Assembly (NCBI GenBank): GCA_043819795.1
Contig: JBDREN010000130.1
Location: 1-23,546 of the forward strand
DNA from: Elusimicrobiota bacterium
GTDB lineage: Bacteria > Elusimicrobiota > Elusimicrobia > UBA1565
Reading direction: 5' to 3'
Length of the DNA stretch: 23,546 bases
The translations under genes and the position numbers were made by a program. The notes beneath the pieces are model-generated. The model did no database searches, had not been told where the DNA came from, and saw only the letters and a program-made list of their open reading frames with translations. Positions 17,725 through 23,546 of the stretch are shown in pieces. Within the stretch, counting starts at the first letter, position 1. Every line of letters begins with the position of its first letter.

Positions 17725-18081
17725 ATGGAGGACCTGACCAAAGAGACGTTCAAAGCCAAGGTATTCGACTACGAGAACGGCAAGGAATGGAAGTTCGCGG
17801 GCGATCTTCCCTGCGTCGTGGACTTCTACGCGGACTGGTGCGGTCCCTGCCGGACGCTCGCGCCAGTGCTCCAGGAGATCGCGGACGAGCACGCCGGGAA
17901 GGTGGATGTCTACAAGGTGAACACCGAGGACCAGCAGGAGCTCGCGTCGGTGTTCGGCATCAGCAGCATCCCCACGCTGCTCTTCATCCCCAAGGACGGC
18001 AAGCCCCGCATGGCATTGGGATCCCTTCCCAAGAAGATCATCGAGAAGGGGATCCGCGAGGTCCTCGGGATCGAGGCGTAA
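17725..18081 (+). CDS. trxA: Thioredoxin
   Basis: VDFYADWCGPC active site; FGISSIPTLLF cis-Pro loop; SD AAGGAGG. Confidence 0.93.
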   Translation: MEDLTKETFKAKVFDYENGKEWKFAGDLPCVVDFYADWCGPCRTLAPVLQEIADEHAGKVDVYKVNTEDQQELASVFGISSIPTLLFIPKDGKPRMALGSLPKKIIEKGIREVLGIEA

Positions 18082-18092
18082 CCGGAGGGGCC

Positions 18093-18353
18093 ATGATACT
18101 GCAACACCGCATCCGCCTGATCGCCGGGACCTTCATCCTGCTCAGCCTGGCCCTGGCGCGCTGGGCAAGCCCCCATTGGCTCTGGTTCACGGCCTTCGTG
18201 GGAGTCAACCTGATCCAGTCCTCTCTCACGCGCTGGTGCCTGATGGAGGACATCCTGAAAAAGATCGGCTGGGCCGGGCTCGGACAGACATGCGGGTCCG
18301 GCGAGACGCCCCCCGAGGAGGCAAGCCATGGTTCATGTTGTGAAAAGCGATAA
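18093..18353 (+). CDS. YgaP-like/DUF2892 membrane protein
   Basis: MILQHRIRLIAGTFILLSLAL...WLWFTAFVGVNLIQSSLTRWCLMEDIL; SD GGAGG; Cys-rich tail overlaps the next gene by 26 nt. Confidence 0.85.
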   Translation: MILQHRIRLIAGTFILLSLALARWASPHWLWFTAFVGVNLIQSSLTRWCLMEDILKKIGWAGLGQTCGSGETPPEEASHGSCCEKR

Positions 18354-18708
18354 ACCCTTCCAAGACGTCGTCAACGCGCTCCCGGACGTCGTGGTCAAGA
18401 ACAAGTTCGGGGTCCTGGGGACCCACGATCTCAGGAAAAAAATGAATGAGAAGGGTGTCGCCTTCGAGCGCGACTGCGTGGTATTCGAGGTCTGCAACCC
18501 CCAGAAGGCCAAGGCGGTCTTGGAGGAGAACATGGAGATCTCCACCGCCCTGCCGTGCCGGATCTCCGTCTACCGGGAGGGCGGGAAGACCAAGCTCGCC
18601 ACCATCAAACCCACGGCCCTGCTGGGCATGTTCCCGAACCCGGAGCTCGGGCCCGTGGCCGAGGAGGTGGAGCGCACCTTGTTCCGGATCATGATGGAGG
18701 CGAGCTGA
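18328..18708 (+). CDS. DUF302 family protein
   Basis: FGVLGTHDL...VFEVCNPQKA...ALPCRISVY...IKPT. Confidence 0.9.
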   Translation: MVHVVKSDKPFQDVVNALPDVVVKNKFGVLGTHDLRKKMNEKGVAFERDCVVFEVCNPQKAKAVLEENMEISTALPCRISVYREGGKTKLATIKPTALLGMFPNPELGPVAEEVERTLFRIMMEAS

Positions 18709-18736
18709 CCGTACGATGACGATCCCTGGAGGGAAG

Positions 18737-18895
18737 ATGACGAAGATAGCGCTGGCCGTATTCCTGGGGGCCGCGCTCGGCTTCGGCTGGCACAGGCTGG
18801 TCGGCTGCGCCACCGGCGCCTGCCCCCTGACCGCGAACCCCTACATCAGCACGCTCTTCGGAGCGGTCCTCGGCCTGCTGGTCGCGACGGCCTAG
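18737..18895 (+). CDS. DUF6132-like small membrane protein (52 aa)
   Basis: Below the ORF-track cutoff. SD GGAGG; MTKIALAVFLGAALGFGWHRLVGCATGACPLTANPYISTLFGAVLGLLVATA with a GCxxGxCP loop between two TM helices. Confidence 0.8.
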   Translation: MTKIALAVFLGAALGFGWHRLVGCATGACPLTANPYISTLFGAVLGLLVATA

Positions 18896-18931
18896 CGTAG
18901 TGTCCCACTAGAGCCCCCGGCCGCAAAACGG

Positions 18932-18943
18932 TATAGTCTCGGC
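18932..18943 (+). promoter_or_regulatory. -10 box TATAGT 6 nt before ATG (leaderless-type promoter)
   Basis: TATAGT-ctcggc-ATG 18944; no SD. Confidence 0.55.
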
Positions 18944-19642
18944 ATGCCGGCCAGCAAAGCCCTGAGCAAAGAGGCCGCGGCGCGAGCCATGAGGGCCGCG
19001 CCCATGTTCTCCGCGTTGAGCCCGAAGGCCCTCCATACCCTGCTGGCGCGCGGACTGACCCGCCTCTTCAAGGCGGGCGAGGTCATCTTCCAGCCGGGCG
19101 AGCGGGCCGACCGTTTCTGCGTGGTGCTGGGCGGACGAGTCAAGGTGTACCAGATCTCCCCGCGCGGCGACGAGCAGATCCTGCACCTCTACGGTCCCGG
19201 CAGGACCTTCGGGGAGGCGGCCATGTGGTCCGGAGGCGCCTTCCCGGCCTTCGCCGAGCCGGTCGAGGACGCCCGCCTCCTGATCATCACCCAGGCCACT
19301 CTCAGGCGGGCCATAGCGGCCGACCCGGACTTGGCCATGGGCATCATGGCCGGGCTCTCGGCCAAGCTCCGCGAGTTCGTCCGCCTCATCGAGGAGCTTT
19401 CCCTCAAGGAAGTCCCCGCGAGGCTGGCCGGCGCGCTCCTGGCCGAGTCCAAAAAGGCCGGCGCGAGGAAGTTCCGGATGCGCCAGACCAAGCGCGCGCT
19501 CGCCGCGCACCTCGGGACCATCCCCGAGACCATGAGCCGCGCCCTGCGCAAGCTCAAGTCCGCCAAGCTCATCGACGTTCAGGGCTCCACCATCACGATC
19601 CTGGACGCCGAGGGGCTGAGGAAGTTCTCCGAAGGCGGCTGA
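18944..19642 (+). CDS. Crp/Fnr-family transcriptional regulator (HcpR/Dnr-like)
   Basis: IFQPGE...GRVKVYQISPRGDEQILH...FGEAAM; HTH LAAHLGTIPETMSRALRKL (ExxSR); no FNR Cys cluster. Confidence 0.9.
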   Translation: MPASKALSKEAAARAMRAAPMFSALSPKALHTLLARGLTRLFKAGEVIFQPGERADRFCVVLGGRVKVYQISPRGDEQILHLYGPGRTFGEAAMWSGGAFPAFAEPVEDARLLIITQATLRRAIAADPDLAMGIMAGLSAKLREFVRLIEELSLKEVPARLAGALLAESKKAGARKFRMRQTKRALAAHLGTIPETMSRALRKLKSAKLIDVQGSTITILDAEGLRKFSEGG

Positions 19643-19648
19643 AAAGAT

Positions 19649-19677
19649 CCAGCCTGCCGCTTGAAGCGGCAGGCTGG
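19649..19677. terminator. Hairpin between convergent genes (probable bidirectional terminator)
   Basis: CCAGCCTGCCGCTT-G-AAGCGGCAGGCTGG, perfect 14-bp IR; only a short T run on the minus strand. Confidence 0.6.
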
Positions 19678-19704
19678 CATGAAACGACTCCCCTTAGCGG
19701 ACGC

Positions 19705-20967
19705 TCAGAGGCCGAGCGCGTCCAGGATGGCCTGGGCCGCGGCGATCAGCTCGTCGGCCTGCTCATCGGTGAGCTTCTTACCCCGCTGGGCGTTCACGTG
19801 GTTCATGAACGCGCGGATCTGGTTGGCCCCGGCCGTCTCGTTGCCGCGGGCAAGGCTGTCGAGCGCGTTGTCGAGCTTGGAGGCCAACGCGTTCTTCAGC
19901 CCACTGGGGACGCCCGGCAGAGCGTCCACGGCGTCGCCCAGTTCGGCGAGCGCCTCCTCGGGCGTCTGGACGGTCACTTGAGCCGTATCCGTGCCGGTGG
20001 CGGCGTCGTCGTCCTCGACCGTCAGCGTGGCCGTGAAGGTCCCGGGAGACAAGTACGCGTGCGTGGCCGTCTGGCCGCTGCCCGAACCCGTATCGCCGAA
20101 GTCCCAGGAGTAGGAGACGATGGTCCCGTCGGAGTCCGAAGAGCCGCCTCCGTCGAACGTCGCCTCGGCCCCCACCAGGATCTTCTGGTCTGGCCCCGCA
20201 TCGGCGGTCGGCGGGACGTTCCCTCCTCCCGTGCACAGCCCATCGGGCCCGGCATCATAGATGGCCCGGACCTCCGCGGCGCTCAGCGCGCGGTTGAATA
20301 CCATCGGCTCGTCTATTTGGCCGTCGAAGTGCCGGCTGCCGGAGTTGGACGGATCGTCCCCCATGCGGAACGTCCAGGGCGACCGGCGGATCGGGCCGCT
20401 GGCGCTGCCCTGCCCGCTGAGCTGGCCGTTGATATAGACGCGCACGCGGCTCCCGTCGTAGGTCCCCATGACATGGTTCCACTGGCGATCGGGCGGGATG
20501 AGGCTTCCCCCGGAGGTGCGCCAAGAAGGGGCATAGACCCAGAACCAGATCTGCCCCCCCGAGCGGTACTCCAGCGCGTAGCCATTGCTCTGTCCCGGCC
20601 CGGTCTTCTTCAGGACCGGATCCCAGGAACCGGAACGCCGGTTCCGATTGAACCAGGCCCCCACGCTGATCGTCCCCGGAGTCAGGCTGGGATCGTCGGG
20701 GATCTCGACGTAGCTAGGCTGCTGCATGGTGAACCCCCGGCCCACCATGCCGTCCGCGTACCCGGCGCCCCCCCCCACAAAGCGGCCGCCGTCGTTGTCT
20801 CCGATGACATCCTCGAAGCTGTCCTCTCCCGGCCACCATGCGGCGAGGCCGGAGGGCGCGGGCGCGCAGGCCGCCTGCGCGGCCATCACACCGCCCGCCG
20901 CCACAAACAGGAGCATGCTCATGGCCGCCAGCGACAGCTTCAGCAAACCCGCAGGTCTATCCCTCAT
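19705..20967 (-). CDS. Secreted LamG-like jellyroll + PKD + FIMAH-like protein
   Basis: Signal peptide. LamG: GLAAWWPGE...WNHVMGTYDG...VYING...FDGQIDE...FNRALSAAEV. PKD: PTADAGPD...SDSDGTIVSYSWDFGD...ATLTVEDD. C-terminal LASKL...AFMNHVNAQRGKKLTDEQADEL. Alternative start GTG 20976. Confidence 0.82.
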   Translation of the reverse strand: MRDRPAGLLKLSLAAMSMLLFVAAGGVMAAQAACAPAPSGLAAWWPGEDSFEDVIGDNDGGRFVGGGAGYADGMVGRGFTMQQPSYVEIPDDPSLTPGTISVGAWFNRNRRSGSWDPVLKKTGPGQSNGYALEYRSGGQIWFWVYAPSWRTSGGSLIPPDRQWNHVMGTYDGSRVRVYINGQLSGQGSASGPIRRSPWTFRMGDDPSNSGSRHFDGQIDEPMVFNRALSAAEVRAIYDAGPDGLCTGGGNVPPTADAGPDQKILVGAEATFDGGGSSDSDGTIVSYSWDFGDTGSGSGQTATHAYLSPGTFTATLTVEDDDAATGTDTAQVTVQTPEEALAELGDAVDALPGVPSGLKNALASKLDNALDSLARGNETAGANQIRAFMNHVNAQRGKKLTDEQADELIAAAQAILDALGL

Positions 20968-21000
20968 GGCCTTCACCCCGCTTGAATAGATTCACCCTCA

Positions 21001-21029
21001 AGTATAGCCGACCGGACCTGACTTGTCAC
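21001..21029 (-). promoter_or_regulatory. Sigma70-type promoter of the LamG-PKD gene
   Basis: Minus strand GTGACA-N17-TATACT. Confidence 0.55.
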
Positions 21030-21225
21030 GGACAGCGCGTTGACAAACGTATTGAAAAAAAGATTCTGCTGTAACGATTCCTTGAATTAGTCAGCGCGAC
21101 GCCCCGATGGTCTTGACGTATACATTCACTGAACCCATCCCGCTCCAACGAGTGAACCCGCCTCAGAGACCTTTGGAGCTCCAAGGTTATCGACGGGTCG
21201 CCATGGGTTTACTGAATGCTTACGT

Positions 21226-21241
21226 CTTGACTTAAGTCAAG
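21226..21241. promoter_or_regulatory. Crp/Fnr (HcpR-type) binding site
   Basis: Perfect palindrome CTTGACTTAAGTCAAG centred at 21233.5. With the -10-like CATAAT at 21263-21268 it sits at about -41.5. Confidence 0.82.
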
Positions 21242-21308
21242 GCCGTTTCGCGGCACCCGTTGCATAATGATAGTGGATAGAGGGATTCCGCCTCACGGGA
21301 GAAAGAAT

Positions 21309-22070
21309 ATGGCGACCAAGGCAATGAGGAAGATCGTCCACATCGACGAGGACAAGTGCGACGGCTGCGGCCAGTGCGTGCCAAGCTGCGCGGAGGGCGC
21401 GATCAAGATCATCGACGGCAAGGCCCGGCTGATGGCGGACAACCTCTGCGACGGGCTCGGGGCCTGCCTGGGGACCTGCCCCAAGGACGCGATCACCGTA
21501 TCGGAACGCCCGGCCGCGGCTTTTGACGAGAAGGCGGTGGAGGAGATGAAGAGGAAAGAGGAAGAGACGAGCGCCCCGCCTCCGCAGACGCCCTGCGGCT
21601 GTCCCGGCTCCATGGCGCGCACGTTCAAAACGAACGGGAAGTCCGAGCCCGCCCCGGCGGCCGGCCCGGGTCCCGCCCAATCGCGGCTGGGCCATTGGCC
21701 CGTTCAGCTGACGCTCCTGCCCGAGCAAGGCCCTATATGGGATCAGGCGGACGTGGTGCTTTCCGCCGACTGCGTGGCCTTCGCCCTGCCCGACTTCCAT
21801 GAACGCCTGCTCTCCGGGCGCTCGCTGGCCGTGGCCTGCCCGAAGCTCGACGACGGGCACGCGTACGTCGCCAAGCTCGCCCGGGTCTTCGAGGCCAACG
21901 AACTACGCTCCCTGACCATCGCGCGCATGGAAGTCCCCTGCTGCGGGGGGCTCGAGCAGATCGTGCGTCTGGCCATGGAGGAGGCGGGCAAGAAGGTCCC
22001 GCTGACCGTCGTCATAGTCGGCGTCCAAGGGAACATTCTAAGCATCAACGGCGTTCCGACCGCCGGCTGA
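21309..22070 (+). CDS. FrdX-like 4Fe-4S ferredoxin-domain protein
   Basis: IDEDKCDGCGQCVPSCAEGAI...CDGLGACLGTCP, CGCPGS, WPVQL, SADCVAF, ACPKLD, MEVPCCGGL; start trimmed to ATG 21309. Confidence 0.85.
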   Translation: MATKAMRKIVHIDEDKCDGCGQCVPSCAEGAIKIIDGKARLMADNLCDGLGACLGTCPKDAITVSERPAAAFDEKAVEEMKRKEEETSAPPPQTPCGCPGSMARTFKTNGKSEPAPAAGPGPAQSRLGHWPVQLTLLPEQGPIWDQADVVLSADCVAFALPDFHERLLSGRSLAVACPKLDDGHAYVAKLARVFEANELRSLTIARMEVPCCGGLEQIVRLAMEEAGKKVPLTVVIVGVQGNILSINGVPTAG

Positions 22071-22096
22071 TATATCCGACAACAGACATAGGGAAC

Positions 22097-22174
22097 GGCG
22101 TCAGGTGTTAACTTTGTTAACTAATCGGGGTCGACGGGGACGGCGAGACTCGTCGCCTGACGGAGTTAGTTAAC
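22097..22174. repeat. Third REP/MITE-like element; right arm cut at the IS1380 end
   Basis: Left arm GGCGTCAGGTGTTAACTTTGTTAACTAA (22097-22124). The right arm begins TTAGTTAAC (22166-22174) and then the IS sequence starts. Confidence 0.65.
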
Positions 22175-23546
22175 CCGAAAAGTTCAGTAGTCCTCTTCCG
22201 GTCGACGGGAGGGGGCGGACTTTTTTGCGCCAGTATTTAGGGATCAATTTTAGCGCGATAGCGGCCTCCGAGCCATCCTCCTGCCTACCCGCTTTCAACT
22301 GCAGCGCAGTTGCCCTCACTCGTCGGGAAGAACAGCCCGAGCGCACGCTCGAACTGCCCTCGCCACGGTCCCGCCAGCGATATCCGAAGCATCGTCCGTC
22401 GTCGCTCACGCCCAACCACCGCACCGCAGGCCAACAGCTGCGCTCGCAGCGTCCCCAGCGTCTGATAGATCTTCTTGCCGAGCTTTTCCTGCAGCAAGCT
22501 GACCAGATTGTAGGTCACGCAGACCAACCGAAACGCCGCTTCCGTGGCAGAGAACTTCTTCTGGCAGAACCCATCGATCCCGTAGTCCCACTTGAGCTCT
22601 CGTATCCGGTTTTCGATCTCCGCATGACCGCGGTAGAACCGCCAGATCTCCTCCGGCGCGTCGCTGCGGTTGGTCAAGATGGCCTGGTACAGATAAGCCG
22701 GATCATCAAAGAGCTCCCGGCCTCGCACGAAATCGTGCTCCTTGACGTGTTGCCGCACCAGGATGACTCGCCGGGCACGGGGCCAGCTGTGCGCCTGGTA
22801 CATCACTTCGCTCACCGCAATCCCGGGCTCCAGTTCCCGCCAGGTATCAAGGCCGGCGACCAACCTCTTGAGCTTCTGCGTCAAACGCCCTGCGATCGCA
22901 TAGCTCATCGCCTTGTCTTCGACTCGACTCAAGAACGGCTCCATCCCGAATCCGGAATCCGCTCGAAGACGCTTGATCACGGTCCCCTCGGGAAGAAGGG
23001 CCAGAGCCTCATCCAGAAACGATTCCGCCCCGTTCGCGCTCCTCGTATTTCCAGACCGCAGCCACGCGTGGACGACCCAAGGGCGTTGCCCAAGTGTCGC
23101 GATCAGCGGATGATGACTCGCACGACGGTGCTTCTTGGGATTGTAGCCCAGCCGAGCGCCCTCTTGACTGCCGAAGCGCTCCACGATCGAGCTGTCCAAG
23201 TCCAGGATCTCATCCTCGAGATCTATCTGCCCCAACTGCCAGCGCATCAGGCTCTCAAAGACGGTCGTCACTGTCCCCGCAGAAAACCGGCGGAAGAACC
23301 GGGCCATCGTCGTATCCGAAACAAAGCGCCTGAGCCCCAGGATTCGACGCACGCCCCCATCCCATCGCAGCCTCTCCACATGCGCCAGACGTCGTGATCC
23401 CACCAGCACTCCAGCCATGAACGCCAGCACGATTTCCACGGGATCAGTCGCGTTCGGTGAGGTAAGTTTGAACGGCAATGCCTTGCGCAGGGACTGCTCC
23501 AGCCCTATCTGCCGGGCCAGGCCGCCGAACAAGATAAGCCCTCCCC
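22174..23546 (-). mobile_element. IS1380-family insertion sequence (partial)
   Basis: IS1380-type transposase; visibly lower GC than its neighbours; putative terminal IR CCCGAAAAGTTCAG at ~22174-22187 next to the AT-rich GTTAA. Confidence 0.8.
22285..23546 (-). CDS. IS1380-family DDE transposase, 5' end outside the window
   Basis: GLILFGG, LDLDSS, GYNPKK...HPL, LRSGN, LRADSGF, YRGHAEIENRIRELK, YNL motifs. Confidence 0.92.
   Translation of the reverse strand, partial: GGLILFGGLARQIGLEQSLRKALPFKLTSPNATDPVEIVLAFMAGVLVGSRRLAHVERLRWDGGVRRILGLRRFVSDTTMARFFRRFSAGTVTTVFESLMRWQLGQIDLEDEILDLDSSIVERFGSQEGARLGYNPKKHRRASHHPLIATLGQRPWVVHAWLRSGNTRSANGAESFLDEALALLPEGTVIKRLRADSGFGMEPFLSRVEDKAMSYAIAGRLTQKLKRLVAGLDTWRELEPGIAVSEVMYQAHSWPRARRVILVRQHVKEHDFVRGRELFDDPAYLYQAILTNRSDAPEEIWRFYRGHAEIENRIRELKWDYGIDGFCQKKFSATEAAFRLVCVTYNLVSLLQEKLGKKIYQTLGTLRAQLLACGAVVGRERRRTMLRISLAGPWRGQFERALGLFFPTSEGNCAAVESG

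Noticed and set aside
21111..21184. Second TTGAC half-site and the TTGGAGCTCCAA palindrome
   Set aside because: The half-site lacks a GTCAA partner, and the 12-bp palindrome is isolated and could be chance.
22116..22174. Possible integron attC site (AACTAAT...GTTAGTT)
   Set aside because: Lacks a proper RYYYAAC/GTTRRRY pair, is short, and there is no integrase or cassette array; better explained as an arm of the GGNGTCAGG repeat family.

Overview
GC-rich bacterial window, mostly accessory genes. The style of the large secreted proteins suggests Elusimicrobiota, but this is inference only. Left to right: psd (cut by the edge) and a bacterial eRF1-like release factor; DUF47 plus a PiT phosphate transporter; a TIGR03546/TIGR03545 pair, the latter with two compensating homopolymer frameshifts; an internally deleted msrA remnant; a secreted tandem pseudokinase/kinase-like protein; a cNMP-domain histidine kinase; an RDD-Coa1-like-SEL1 fusion; a secreted TPR-like protein; an ECF sigma/ZAS anti-sigma pair followed by TolC, an RND pump (no adaptor gene), thioredoxin, YgaP/DUF2892, DUF302 and DUF6132; an HcpR-like Crp/Fnr regulator; a LamG-PKD-FIMAH protein; an FrdX-like 4Fe-4S protein; and an IS1380 transposase (cut by the edge). 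Four non-coding signals stand out. (1) Two identically spaced TGAATC-N15-GCATCTAAA motifs probably define the ECF regulon. (2) A perfect CTTGAC-TTAA-GTCAAG box lies at about -41.5 of the frdX-like promoter. (3) A 26-bp GGNGTCAGG... repeat family occurs at three loci, one apparently interrupted by the IS1380. (4) Three genes have leaderless-type promoters.
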